The notes: generated by a model from the sequence alone, not told the origin. Positions 44,418-54,340 are shown, numbered from the stretch's first letter. The stretch is DNA of 64,000 bases from Blastomonas sp. (GCF_046294995.1 NZ_JBKBOG010000001.1:740582-804581); one strand, 5' to 3'. A program made the numbers and translations.

Positions 44418-45587
44418 TCAACTCTCCTTGTCGCAATATGCGGCCCATTCGGCCATCATGACCCGGCGCTTTTCCAACAGATTGCCACGCCGGTAGGCCG
44501 CTTCGGTTTTGTTGGCGACCGTATGGGCCAGGGCTGCCTCTGCAACATCGCTGGGATGATTGGTCTCCTCGCTGACCCAATCCCGGAACGACGATCGGAA
44601 ACCGTGAGGTGTGAATGGCTGACCCATTTCCTTCATCAGCATCGACAATGTCATGTCTGATAGCGGCTTGTTGCTGCGAATTCCGGGAAACACATACTGG
44701 CAGTCGCGCAATCGCAATTGAGCGCAGCGGCGCAGGATACGCAGCGGACGTGGGGTCAGGGGTACAACATGCTCGCGGAATGCCTTCATACGCTCCTTAG
44801 GAAGCGTCCAGAGGGCTTCCTCCATATCAACCTCATCCCAGGTCATGCCGCGCACCTCGCCCGATCTTGCGGCGGTGTAGATCGCAAATTCCAGTGCAAG
44901 GCGGCTGAAGGATTCCCGCGCGCGCAACTTCAATATGAACTTCGACACTTTCTCGTATGGCATGGCCGGAAAATGCCCGTCCTTGCGTGGCTGGCGCGGC
45001 AGGCCTTTCGAAATTGCTCGCATGGGAGCCTCGGTCTCGCGGTAGCCAGACGCATAGGCCCAGTCGAGGACCGCTCCGATGCGCTGGCGGACCCGCCGCG
45101 CCGTTTCGGGCTTTGCCAGCCAGATTTCAGCGAGAACGTCGCGGATCATTGGGCCGGTGATCTTGTCGACCTTGTGCTTCCCGATGGATGGAAAGACATA
45201 CATTTCGAGCGTGCGCATCCACTGCGCGTGGTGCTTGCCATTGCGCCAGGTCTTCGAGTGAATGTCGAAGACCTTCTGGGCCGCGTCCTTGAAGGTCGGC
45301 ACCGCTTCGAGCTTGCGCCGCTCGAACTGAGGGTCGAGGCCCATTTCCATCTGGCTGCGGACCTCACGTGCCCGCTCGCGAGCCTCAGCAAGGCTTACCT
45401 TGCTACAGCTGCCCAAGCCGAAATCGCGGCGGTGGCCCTGTTTCTGAACCCGGCAAACCCAGCTGCTACTCCCTCCCGGCCTTTCGTAGCGAAAGAGGCC
45501 GTCGCCAAAACTCACCCGGCGGGTGCTCTGGGCCTTGGTCTCCGGATCGGAATTGGTAGTCGTTTTCATAGAGGTGATCATGATCAT
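44418..45587 (-). CDS. int: Tyrosine recombinase, P4-like integrase
   Basis: DUF4102-like N-terminus (GLFRYERPGGSSSWVCRV), catalytic region ..YTAARSGEV.., HGFRSSFRDW, ..LAH.. and AYRRG (R..HxxR..Y). Possible starts at 45587, 45581 or 45569. The rest of the 615-aa ORF reads through the tRNA and is discarded. Confidence 0.9.
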   Translation of the reverse strand: MIMITSMKTTTNSDPETKAQSTRRVSFGDGLFRYERPGGSSSWVCRVQKQGHRRDFGLGSCSKVSLAEARERAREVRSQMEMGLDPQFERRKLEAVPTFKDAAQKVFDIHSKTWRNGKHHAQWMRTLEMYVFPSIGKHKVDKITGPMIRDVLAEIWLAKPETARRVRQRIGAVLDWAYASGYRETEAPMRAISKGLPRQPRKDGHFPAMPYEKVSKFILKLRARESFSRLALEFAIYTAARSGEVRGMTWDEVDMEEALWTLPKERMKAFREHVVPLTPRPLRILRRCAQLRLRDCQYVFPGIRSNKPLSDMTLSMLMKEMGQPFTPHGFRSSFRDWVSEETNHPSDVAEAALAHTVANKTEAAYRRGNLLEKRRVMMAEWAAYCDKES

Positions 45588-45712
45588 CTGTCCCACATTT
45601 GCAAAAATGTCGGCTTGGACGACGTGGGACACACAGGGATCCGAATCACCAGCGCACCCCGCAGGGGAGCTGGACTTTCGGAGTTGATCAGGGATCGTGT
45701 GGGATTCGAATG

Positions 45713-45803
45713 TGGCGGAGCGGGTGGGATTCGAACCCACGATAGGCTTTTGACCTATACACACTTTCCAGGCGTGCGCCTTCGACCACTCGGCCACCGC
45801 TCC
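45713..45803 (-). tRNA. tRNA-Ser (anticodon GGA)
   Basis: The reverse complement is ggagcggtggccgagtggtcgaaggcgcacgcctGGAaagtgtgtataggtcaaaagcctatcgtgggttcgaatcccacccgctccgcca. It has a long variable arm, a 7-bp acceptor stem and an encoded CCA. Confidence 0.95.
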
Positions 45804-45929
45804 GCTTGTCCTGGGAGCCGTCCCCCTAATGACATGTGCACGCTTGCGCAAGGGAAGGATTCGGGTGCCGCTGCAGCACGCTTGCGAGCGCGGTTTCCCA
45901 AGTGTGAGCGGCATGTTAGCGTGGGCTCC

Positions 45930-46970
45930 ATGAAACAAACCCGATTCCGCTCGGCCGCGCTGCGCGCCGCCGCCGCTCTTGCCCCGCTGGCGCTGCTTGC
46001 CGCCGCCGCACCGCCGCCTGCCAGCCCCAGCCCGGGCCAGATCGTCGAGGAGGCGCCCGCAGCGCACTGGACGGCGATTGCGGCATCCGACCTGCTGGTG
46101 ATGGACCTGGCCCCCGATGCGGCAGGCAATCCGCGCCGCGTGGTGATCCAGCTTATGCCCGCGCCGTTCAGCACCGGCTGGACCGAGAATATCCGCAAGC
46201 TGGTAGCAGCGCGCTGGTGGGACAATACCGCCATCGTGCGGGTGCAGGACAATTACGTCGTGCAATGGGGCGATCCCGATGCCGAAGACGATGCCAAGGC
46301 CAGGCCGCTGCCAGGCGGCATCGCGCAGGTGCCGGAGCGCGATTACGTGGTAACGCTTGAGGCCTTTGACGAGGCCATGATCGCGCAGTCGCCTTCAGAT
46401 GACGATGCCGACCGGGCGATGGCCGCGGCTCTGGACGCCGCGGAGGCGGCCGCACGGGGCGACATTCCGGCCCCATGGGCTGCGCCCGATGCCTATGCCC
46501 CACGGCACGACTTTTTTGCGGGCTGGCCCCTGGCAAGCAATGACGAGAGCGTCTGGCCCGTGCATTGCTATGGCATGGTCGGGGTCGGCCGCAACCTGTC
46601 GCCCGATACCGGCAGTGGGGCAGAGCTTTACACCGTCATCGGCCATGCCCCGCGCCATCTGGATCGCAATATCGCCGTGGTCGGACGGGTGGTCGAAGGG
46701 ATCGAGCATCTCTCCAGCCTGCCGCGTGGCACGGGCGAACTCGGCTTTTACGAAAAGCCCGAAGAGCGCACCGTGATCCGGTCGGTCGAGCTGGCATCGC
46801 GGCTGCCCGAAACCGAGCGTCCACGTCTGGAGTATCTCGAAAGCGACAGCGAATCGTTTGTCCGCTACGCCCTGGCGCGGGCCAACCGGAAGGACGCGTT
46901 CTTCAACATCCCGGCGGGTGGCGCGGATATTTGCAACATTCCAGTGCCTGTCAGGAAAATTTCGCAATAA
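45930..46970 (+). CDS. Cyclophilin-type peptidyl-prolyl isomerase-like protein, secreted
   Basis: Signal peptide [26 protein letters not shown]. Blocks [18 protein letters not shown] and [43 protein letters not shown] resemble the cyclophilin core. Confidence 0.65.
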   Translation: MKQTRFRSAALRAAAALAPLALLAAAAPPPASPSPGQIVEEAPAAHWTAIAASDLLVMDLAPDAAGNPRRVVIQLMPAPFSTGWTENIRKLVAARWWDNTAIVRVQDNYVVQWGDPDAEDDAKARPLPGGIAQVPERDYVVTLEAFDEAMIAQSPSDDDADRAMAAALDAAEAAARGDIPAPWAAPDAYAPRHDFFAGWPLASNDESVWPVHCYGMVGVGRNLSPDTGSGAELYTVIGHAPRHLDRNIAVVGRVVEGIEHLSSLPRGTGELGFYEKPEERTVIRSVELASRLPETERPRLEYLESDSESFVRYALARANRKDAFFNIPAGGADICNIPVPVRKISQ

Positions 46971-47054
46971 TGTAATAAAGTAACAAAATGATGTCGCACA
47001 GGGCAGGAGCGCGCACTAGGGCTTGATCAAAATATCCAGCAGGAGAAGTCTGTC

Positions 47055-48170
47055 ATGCGCGTCGGAACCGTCACGGAAATCAAGAACCACGAATACCGCG
47101 TCGGCCTGACGCCCGAGAGCGCGCGCGAACTGGTGCAGCACGGCCACGAGGTCTGGGTGCAGAAGGGCGCGGGCCTCGGCATCGGCGAAAGCGACAACGA
47201 CTATCTGCGCGCCGGCGCAAAGCTGATCGACACCGCCGAACAGATCTTCGCCGACTGCGAGATGGTGGTGAAGGTCAAGGAGCCGCAGGCGGTCGAACGC
47301 GCGATGCTGCGCGAAGGCCAGATCCTGTTCACCTATCTGCACCTCGCGCCCGACCCCGAGCAGACCAGGGATCTCGTCGCCTCGAAGGCGGTGTGCATCG
47401 CGTATGAGACCGTGACCGACGCAAGCGGTGGCCTGCCACTGCTCAAGCCGATGAGCCAGGTCGCAGGCCGCATGTCGATCCAGGCTGGAGCCACCGCGCT
47501 CGAAAAGGCGCATGGCGGGCGCGGCATCTTGCTGGGCGGCGTCCCGGGCGTGGCACCGGGCAAGGTCTGCGTCATCGGCGGCGGCGTCGTCGGGTTCAAC
47601 GCGGCGCAGATGGCGGCGGGGCTGGGGGCAGATGTCACCATTCTCGATCGCAGCCCCGAGGTGCTCGAGCGGCTGGGCTATTACTTTGAATCGCGCGCTA
47701 AGACCCGCTTTGCCAACGCCGCCAATGTCGCAGAGTGCGTCGCCACGGCTGACCTCGTCATCGGCGCGGTGCTGATCCCCGGCGCTGCTGCGCCCAAATT
47801 GGTGACCCGCGAGATGCTGGCCACGATGCGCCCGGGCGCGGTGCTGGTTGATGTCGCGATCGATCAGGGCGGCTGCTTCGAGACCAGCCACGCGACCACC
47901 CATGCCGATCCGACCTATATCGTCGATGGCATCGTCCATTATTGCGTCGCCAACATGCCCGGCGCGGTCGCGCGCACCAGCACCTATGCGCTCAACAACG
48001 TCACGCTGCCGCATATGCTGCGCATGGCCGACAAGGGCTGGAAGGATGCGCTGCGCGCCGACGCGCATCTGGCCGCTGGCCTCAACGTGTGGAACGGCAA
48101 GGTCACCTACAAGGCGGTGGCGGACGACCTTGGCTATGACTATTGTCCGATGGAAGAGGCGCTCGCCTGA
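47055..48170 (+). CDS. ald: Alanine dehydrogenase
   Basis: MRVGTVTEIKNHEYRVGLTP.., NAD-binding fingerprint VIGGGVVG, 371 aa. Confidence 0.95.
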   Translation: MRVGTVTEIKNHEYRVGLTPESARELVQHGHEVWVQKGAGLGIGESDNDYLRAGAKLIDTAEQIFADCEMVVKVKEPQAVERAMLREGQILFTYLHLAPDPEQTRDLVASKAVCIAYETVTDASGGLPLLKPMSQVAGRMSIQAGATALEKAHGGRGILLGGVPGVAPGKVCVIGGGVVGFNAAQMAAGLGADVTILDRSPEVLERLGYYFESRAKTRFANAANVAECVATADLVIGAVLIPGAAAPKLVTREMLATMRPGAVLVDVAIDQGGCFETSHATTHADPTYIVDGIVHYCVANMPGAVARTSTYALNNVTLPHMLRMADKGWKDALRADAHLAAGLNVWNGKVTYKAVADDLGYDYCPMEEALA

Positions 48171-48198
48171 GGCGCCACACGCGCAACAGGAGAGCCGT

Positions 48199-49170
48199 AT
48201 GATCGCCGAACACCAAAAGCCGGTCCAGTCCCCATTCGGGCGCCGCAGCGAGCCGCACGAGGTGTTGGCGGGGATCGATCTGACCGGCAGGAACGCGGTC
48301 GTCACCGGCGGCTATTCGGGCATCGGGCTGGAAACGGTGCGCGCGCTGGCGGCAGCAGGCGCATCGGTCACCGTGCCTGCGCGCGACACTGCCAAGGCAC
48401 ACGAGGCGCTGGCGGGGATGCAGGGCGATATTCGCATCGTACCGATGGACCTGGCCGATATCGCCTCGGTTCGCCGCTTTGCGCAGGACTATGCCTCGGA
48501 CGTTGCGCAGCTAGGCTTGCTGATCAACAACGCCGGTGTCATGGCCTGCCCGGAAACGCGCGTGGGCCCGGGCTGGGAGATGCAGTTCGGCACCAACCAT
48601 ATGGGCCATTTCGCGCTGGTTGACGCCTTGTTGCCGTTGCTTCAGCGCAGCGGCAACTGCCGCGTGGTGGCGCTGTCATCGACAGGGCACAAGCTGTCGA
48701 GCATCCGCTGGGACGATCCCAACTGGACCGACGGCAGTTACGACAAATGGAAGGCCTATGGCCAGTCCAAGACTGCGAACGCGCTGTTTGCGGTTGCGCT
48801 GAACGCGCGGCTGGCAGACACCGGCGGCATGGCGTTCGCCGTCCACCCTGGCGGCATCTTTACCCCGCTGCAGCGGCATCTGCCGACCGAGGAGATGACC
48901 GCGCTGGGTTGGCTCGATGCGCAAGGACAGATCTCGGAAAGCGCGCGCGCCATGTTCAAATCGCCGACCCAGGGCTGCACTACGACCCTGTGGGCTGCGA
49001 CCAGCCCGCTGCTGGAGGGCAAGGGCGGCGTGTATTGCGAGGACTGCAACATCGCAGCTGTCTCCGGCGCTGACCCGGTGCGGTATCGCGACGTCGAGCC
49101 GCATGCGGTGGATAGCGATAGCGCGGAGCGGCTGTGGGCGATGAGCGAGGCCTTGCTGGCAAACGCGTGA
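48199..49170 (+). CDS. Short-chain dehydrogenase/reductase family oxidoreductase
   Basis: VVTGGYSGIG (TGxxxGxG), NNAG and YGQSK (YxxxK) motifs. The ATG at 48199 follows aggagag. Confidence 0.85.
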   Translation: MIAEHQKPVQSPFGRRSEPHEVLAGIDLTGRNAVVTGGYSGIGLETVRALAAAGASVTVPARDTAKAHEALAGMQGDIRIVPMDLADIASVRRFAQDYASDVAQLGLLINNAGVMACPETRVGPGWEMQFGTNHMGHFALVDALLPLLQRSGNCRVVALSSTGHKLSSIRWDDPNWTDGSYDKWKAYGQSKTANALFAVALNARLADTGGMAFAVHPGGIFTPLQRHLPTEEMTALGWLDAQGQISESARAMFKSPTQGCTTTLWAATSPLLEGKGGVYCEDCNIAAVSGADPVRYRDVEPHAVDSDSAERLWAMSEALLANA

Positions 49171-49177
49171 CCGCGAG

Positions 49178-49576
49178 TCATCCGAATTCCGCATAGGCAA
49201 TGAGCTTGCGAAAACCTGCCCTGCAGGTGCGTTTGCCATCGACGATGCGGCTCTCGGTCCAGATATCGCCCGAGTGATAACCCCATGCGCTGAGCTTTCT
49301 GCCGGGGTGCGCGACCGTCTGCGCGCCCAGCCAGCGGGTAAACGCAGGCTTGAGCGCCGATCGGGCACGGGCATGCGATTCGCAGGCATGCGTTCCGCTC
49401 CAGCTTTCGATCTCACGCGCCAGATCGGCCCGGATGCGCTTTGTTTTGATGGTGCTGCCCGCTGTCCCATCGGCTGAGCGGAACGCCAGCATGTGCGCAT
49501 CGGCCCGCCCCGGCGGGGGCAGCGCTATCAGCAGCATGGCAGCGCCCAGCGCCAGCCCTGTCGAAAATCGCATCAT
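49178..49576 (-). CDS. Hypothetical secreted protein
   Basis: N-terminal signal-like MMRFSTGLALGAAMLLIALPPPGRADA. No motif recognised. Confidence 0.45.
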   Translation of the reverse strand: MMRFSTGLALGAAMLLIALPPPGRADAHMLAFRSADGTAGSTIKTKRIRADLAREIESWSGTHACESHARARSALKPAFTRWLGAQTVAHPGRKLSAWGYHSGDIWTESRIVDGKRTCRAGFRKLIAYAEFG

Positions 49577-49795
49577 GGCATCGTGCTCCAGTCATGAAGC
49601 AGAGGTGCCTGATCGCCCGAGCCGGGCAACGAAGCATGGCCAGCAGCCGGTTGGGTCAACGAAAACACCCAGGCGCGTGCGATCAGACGAGCACAAGACT
49701 ATGCGCAGCGCACCCGGAAATCCCTGTAGCAAATTGTCGTAAACCGAGGAAAATGGCGGGTAAGCGGACGTTTGACGGTCGGCTGCGCTGCGCGA

Positions 49796-51250
49796 TCAGG
49801 ACAGGTCGACCCGGGGCGTGGCGATCACCACCCTGTTGAGCAACTGCTGGACTTCAGCATCGCCCTGCCATTTGCGCGCAATGCGCCTGTTCAGCGTTGC
49901 CGAATACCAGCGCTCGCCCAGGTTCGCGGCCTGTTGCAGCAGGGCCACCAGCGTCTCGCGGTCGCCCATGGCCGATGCGTGAAAAGCAGGGGTCATCCGC
50001 GTCTTGCGTTCGCCCTGCGCAAACTCACGCTGTGCGTCGGCCACCAGCACAAGGTGCGCGGTATCCGGGTCGCGCGCGACGGCCTCGTCGAGTGCGGCCG
50101 AAAGCGCGAGCATCTCGGGCACCTTGCGCAAGGCCGCGAGCCCGCGATATTCGAGGGCATAGGCCTGGATATCGCCGCGCGATATGTGGGCCCAGGCCAG
50201 GCAGTTGCGGATTGTCGCATCGTCCGGATATTGCGATTTCAGCTGCGTCAGTTCCAGGACGGCCCTCTGGTCGCGCCCCGCCTGCCAGTGCGCACAGGCG
50301 CGCTCCACCGCGATCGCCGGGGTGCCTGGAAGCAGCAATTGTGCGGTATCATATTCGCGCTGGGCGGCCTTGTCCTGCCCCAGGTCGGACAGCACGTTGG
50401 CGTACCAGAAATGGGTCAGGCCATCGCGCGGATCGAGCGCCAGGGCGCGCTGAAACGAATTCACCGAACGCTGCGCATCATAGCTCCACCAATATTGCAG
50501 AAAGCCATTGGCCCGGTGCGCTGAGGGCAGCGACTGGTCGAGCGTCAGCGCCTGTTCGATGGCTGACTTTGCGGCGCTGTAGGCGCGACTTTCCGAAGCG
50601 GCTCCATATTCGCGGATGATCAGCCAGGCTTCGGCAAGCCCCGCATAGGCCGGAGCAAAACCGGGCTCGGCAGCAATGACCTTCTCGTACAGCGCGATGG
50701 CGCGGGTCAGATCGTCCGGTGTCCGCCGTGCCCACAGATCGCGCGCCGTGACATAGTCGCGCGCCACGGCGGGATCCTGCGGCAGTTGCGCAATCTGCTC
50801 CGCAAGGGGTTTTTCCCGGATCAGCATCTGCCTGATTCCGGGCGCCGCCAGCATGGCGACCGCTGCTATCCCAACTGCGCCCAGAGCGATCCACCACCAG
50901 CGTTTGCGCGCGGGTTTCGGCGTTGCGCGGGGCGGGGAGTAAGGCGTTTCCTCGGCCCGCGGGCGCGACGGATCGTCCGGATAGGGCATAGCGGCAGGCG
51001 CGATTGATGGACTGTCGTCCCCTCCCGTCGAGGCGTCTGCCGGGATATCGCTCTGCTCGATCCGCACGGCCCATGCAGCCAGCTCGCGCTCATAGGCGAA
51101 GACCGAACCCTGTTTGCCGCCAGGAAGGCGATGCACCGGCAGATCGCGTTCGCGCGCCCAGCGCATCACGGTCGTGCGGTCGCGGCGGAAATATCCCGCG
51201 ATCGCCTTCCAGCCATCCAGTCTGCGCTCAGGGGGTTGCGGCTGACTCAA
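49796..51250 (-). CDS. TPR-repeat membrane protein with N-terminal HTH-like segment
   Basis: GWKAIAGYFRRDRTTVMRWARERDLPVHR (HTH-like), one TM helix (WWWIALGAVGIAAVAMLAA), then repeated A..Y...A....P....A TPR-like units. Confidence 0.7.
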   Translation of the reverse strand: MSQPQPPERRLDGWKAIAGYFRRDRTTVMRWARERDLPVHRLPGGKQGSVFAYERELAAWAVRIEQSDIPADASTGGDDSPSIAPAAMPYPDDPSRPRAEETPYSPPRATPKPARKRWWWIALGAVGIAAVAMLAAPGIRQMLIREKPLAEQIAQLPQDPAVARDYVTARDLWARRTPDDLTRAIALYEKVIAAEPGFAPAYAGLAEAWLIIREYGAASESRAYSAAKSAIEQALTLDQSLPSAHRANGFLQYWWSYDAQRSVNSFQRALALDPRDGLTHFWYANVLSDLGQDKAAQREYDTAQLLLPGTPAIAVERACAHWQAGRDQRAVLELTQLKSQYPDDATIRNCLAWAHISRGDIQAYALEYRGLAALRKVPEMLALSAALDEAVARDPDTAHLVLVADAQREFAQGERKTRMTPAFHASAMGDRETLVALLQQAANLGERWYSATLNRRIARKWQGDAEVQQLLNRVVIATPRVDLS

Positions 51251-51455
51251 TGGCGGTTTCCACAGGTTCGATCACAGCTGTGCGACACAGTTCGTCGGAA
51301 GTGGAACGACTGGGTCGCCTGGCAACCCTATCGGCAACGCGGGACGCGAGTCCATAGATCATATTGAAAAATCAACGGGTTCGGCGCCGCATAAATCTGT
51401 GGCCGAACGAAGAAAAACTTCCCGGCGGCAAATTCCGGTTTTCCGCCCTGAGGGA

Positions 51456-51532
51456 TGGTAGCGGAGGAGGGACTTGAACCCCCGACCTACGGATTATGAT
51501 TCCGCCGCTCTAACCAGCTGAGCTACTCCGCC
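51456..51532 (-). tRNA. tRNA with CAT anticodon (Met; an Ile-lysidine type cannot be excluded)
   Basis: The reverse complement is ggcggagtagctcagctggttagagcggcggaatCATaatccgtaggtcgggggttcaagtccctcctccgctacca. Full cloverleaf with encoded CCA. Confidence 0.9.
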
Positions 51533-51763
51533 ATCCCGGCGTGCAGGGCACAATAGTGCCGGTGCAGGCCGCGCGCTATAGTTTGCACATCGGCGCTGGT
51601 CAAACCAAAATGCACCAAAATAAACCGGTCGGCCCATGCGGAGGGCTTCGTGTCATGGCAGGCACCGCGATCTGCCACGTCCGGGGTTGTTTTCAGCAGC
51701 GTCAACCGGCACATGGCGCGCATATACCCGCGCAGCAATCACCAATATGGGGAGACGGACACA

Positions 51764-52999
51764 GTGCAGGACAATTACGACGTCGTCATCGTCGGTGCAG
51801 GTCATGCCGGGGCTCAAGCGGCAATCTGCCTACGCCAGATGGGGTTTGCAGGCTCGATCGCGCTGATCGGCGACGAGCGCTTCCCGCCCTACGAGCGTCC
51901 GCCTCTGTCCAAGGAATATCTCGCTGGCGAAAAGCCGTTTGAACGCATCCTGCTGCGCCCCGAGGCATTCTGGGGCGAACGGCAGGTCGATCTGCTGCTC
52001 GGCAAGCGGGTGACGGCGGTCGATCCTGCCACCAAGTCGCTTACCATCAGCGGCGGCGAACATACGCAATACGGTCAGTTGATCTGGGCGACCGGCGGCA
52101 CTCCGCGGATGATGGACTGCAAGGGCAGTAACGCGGCCAACGTGTTCGCCGTGCGCACCCGCGCCGATGTCGACAAGATCATGGCGCGGCTGGACACGGC
52201 GCAAAGCGTCGCGATCATCGGCGGCGGCTATATCGGCCTTGAAGCTGCAGCGGTGATGCGCAAGCTGGGCAAGCAGGTGACGCTCATCGAGGCGCTCGAC
52301 CGGGTGCTGTCGCGCGTTGCGGGACCATCGCTGTCGGCATTCTTCGAAGAGGAACATCGCGCCCACGGCGTCGATCTGCGCACCGGCTATACCGTCGATC
52401 ACATCGAAACCGACGAGGCCGGCCATGCCGTCGCGGTGCAGTGCGGCAACGGGGACCGGATCGTGGCCGATATGGTCATCGTCGGCATCGGCATCATCGC
52501 CCAGACCGGCCCGTTGATCGCTGCCGGAGCTGCCGGCGGCAACGGCGTCGATGTGGACGAGTTCTGCCGCACCAGCCTGCCCGATATTTATGCCATCGGC
52601 GATTGCGCCGCGCACGCCAATCCTTTCGCCAACGACCGCGTCGTTCGGCTCGAATCGGTGCAGAATGCGAACGACCAGGCCAAGGTCGCGGCCGCCCACA
52701 TCATGGGGAACGCCGAGGCCTATCACGCCGTGCCGTGGTTCTGGTCGAACCAGTATGACCTCAGGCTGCAGACTGTCGGCCTGTCGCTCGATTACGATCA
52801 GGAGCTGGTGCGCGGTGACCCTGCCAGCCGCAGCTTTTCGGTGATCTATCTGCGCGGCGGCAAGGTGATCGCGCTCGATTGCGTCAACGCCACCAAGGAC
52901 TATGTTCAGGGCCGCAAGGCCGTGACCGAGGGCATTCCGCTCGATCTGGAAGAACTCGCGAACCCGTTGATTCCGATCAAGGAAGTCAACCACGCCTGA
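51764..52999 (+). CDS. FAD/NAD(P)-dependent ferredoxin-reductase-type oxidoreductase
   Basis: YDVVIVGAGHAG and IIGGGYIGLE dinucleotide folds, GDCA motif, reductase C-terminal domain. The GTG at 51764 follows ggggaga. Confidence 0.85.
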   Translation: MQDNYDVVIVGAGHAGAQAAICLRQMGFAGSIALIGDERFPPYERPPLSKEYLAGEKPFERILLRPEAFWGERQVDLLLGKRVTAVDPATKSLTISGGEHTQYGQLIWATGGTPRMMDCKGSNAANVFAVRTRADVDKIMARLDTAQSVAIIGGGYIGLEAAAVMRKLGKQVTLIEALDRVLSRVAGPSLSAFFEEEHRAHGVDLRTGYTVDHIETDEAGHAVAVQCGNGDRIVADMVIVGIGIIAQTGPLIAAGAAGGNGVDVDEFCRTSLPDIYAIGDCAAHANPFANDRVVRLESVQNANDQAKVAAAHIMGNAEAYHAVPWFWSNQYDLRLQTVGLSLDYDQELVRGDPASRSFSVIYLRGGKVIALDCVNATKDYVQGRKAVTEGIPLDLEELANPLIPIKEVNHA

Positions 53000-53177
53000 T
53001 CGCTTTTGGTGCAGGTCGGCCGTTGCGGTATCCATTCGTCGCGTAAACCAGCTGCGATGCGCATAACCGGCTTGCCCTGTGCGGGGGTAAGTGCATAGGG
53101 TAGTCCGCTACCGTATACGGTACCCCCATAGCTGCGAGTCTGCCATTCCTTCTCCCGTTCGACAGTCACGAACGATC

Positions 53178-54332
53178 GTGCCACGCTATGCCCTGACAGG
53201 GATTGCGGCGATCCTGCTCGTCAGCTGCTCTGGCGGGGACGATGGCGAGGGCCGCCAGCGGCCGATGCCCGAGGTCGGGTTCGTCGTGGCCAGGACAAGC
53301 TCGGTTCCGGTTTCTGTCGAGCTTGCCGGACGGGTCGCGGCCTTCGAGATGTCCGAAGTTCGTCCGCAGGTCACCGGTATCGTGCGTCGGCGGCTGTTTG
53401 AAGAAGGCGCGCTGGTCCGTGCCGGGCAGACGTTGTACGAGATCGATCCGCGACTGTATCGCGCCGCGACCGCCGAGGCGAGCGCCAACCTGAACAGCGC
53501 GATCGCCAATGCCGAGGCCACCCGGATCCGCGCCGAACGGCTCAAGCCGCTGGCCGAAGCGCAGGCTGTGTCACTGCAGGAATATACCGATGCGCTCGCC
53601 GCAGCGCGTCAGGCTGCAGCCGCCGTGCAGCAGAGCCGCGCGCAGGTGCAGACCGCGGACGTCAACCTGCAATTCACCCGCGTGCCTGCGCCGATCACCG
53701 GCCGCATCGGTCGGTCGCTGTTCACCGTCGGTGCGCTGGTCACCGGCAATCAAGCAGATCCTCTGGCGGTGATCCAGGGCGTCGATCCGGTTTTCGTCGA
53801 TATCCAGCAATCCAGTGCCGAACTGCTTTCGCTGCGCCGTTCGCTGGCGCAGGGGGGAGCCGCCCCGGCCAGCGCCGAGGTCGCGCTGGTGCTCGAAGAC
53901 GGCAGCGAATATGACCTGCGCGGGGTCGTCCAGTTTTCCGAAGTGATGGTCAACGCGGCCACCGGTACGGTGACGCTTCGCGCACGGTTCGCCAACCCCC
54001 AGGGATTGCTGCTGCCCGGAATGTTCGTCCGCGCACGGTTCGATCAGGCGATCAACACCAACGCCATCCTCGTTCCCCAGGCCGCGCTCAGCCGCAATGC
54101 CCGCGGCGAGGCGAGCGTCTTCGTGGTGGGCGCGGACGATAAAGCGATCGAGCACAAGGTGACCGCCGACCGTGCGCTGGGCACCGACTGGGTGGTCACC
54201 AAGGGATTGAGTGCGGGTGACAGGGTGATTGTGCAGGGGCTGGCAAAGATCGCGCCGAACGCCCCCGTTCGCGCCGTGCCTGCCAGCAAGCCCCAGGTCA
54301 TCGGACCACCGCCCGCGCAAAAGCGCGGCTGA
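53178..54332 (+). CDS. RND efflux periplasmic adaptor (membrane fusion protein)
   Basis: Lipobox-like LLVSCSG, GQTLYEIDP, coiled-coil segment, F.RVPAPITGRIG. The start is uncertain, GTG at 53178 or ATG at 53091. Confidence 0.85.
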   Translation: MPRYALTGIAAILLVSCSGGDDGEGRQRPMPEVGFVVARTSSVPVSVELAGRVAAFEMSEVRPQVTGIVRRRLFEEGALVRAGQTLYEIDPRLYRAATAEASANLNSAIANAEATRIRAERLKPLAEAQAVSLQEYTDALAAARQAAAAVQQSRAQVQTADVNLQFTRVPAPITGRIGRSLFTVGALVTGNQADPLAVIQGVDPVFVDIQQSSAELLSLRRSLAQGGAAPASAEVALVLEDGSEYDLRGVVQFSEVMVNAATGTVTLRARFANPQGLLLPGMFVRARFDQAINTNAILVPQAALSRNARGEASVFVVGADDKAIEHKVTADRALGTDWVVTKGLSAGDRVIVQGLAKIAPNAPVRAVPASKPQVIGPPPAQKRG

Positions 54333-54340
54333 GGCCGGCG

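Larger units (their letters stand above)
27783..45727. mobile_element. tRNA-Ser-associated integrative genomic island (apparently two tandem islands), about 17.9 kb
   Basis: An exact 15-bp repeat tggcggagcgggtgg sits at 27783-27797 and at the tRNA-Ser 3' end (45713-45727). A P4-type integrase lies next to the tRNA. Long low-GC stretches contrast with the flanks, and an Xis-like gene is present. Confidence 0.8.

Noticed and set aside
35405-45712. Prophage interpretation of the low-GC region
   Set aside because: I recognise no capsid, portal, terminase, tail or lysis genes. The content (integrase, Xis-like protein, MTase operon, thyX, NTase-HEPN) fits a small integrative island rather than a prophage.
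44718-45929. First 404 codons of the 750-aa plus-strand ORF
   Set aside because: It is antisense to the integrase and the tRNA. Only the part from the Met at 45930, which has a signal peptide and a cyclophilin-like core, looks genuine.
45588-46265. N-terminal ~225 codons of the 615-aa minus-strand ORF that contains the integrase
   Set aside because: This part reads straight through tRNA-Ser and through the antisense of the PPIase gene. The integrase homology begins at MIMITSMKTTT.. (45587), so the extension is an artefact.
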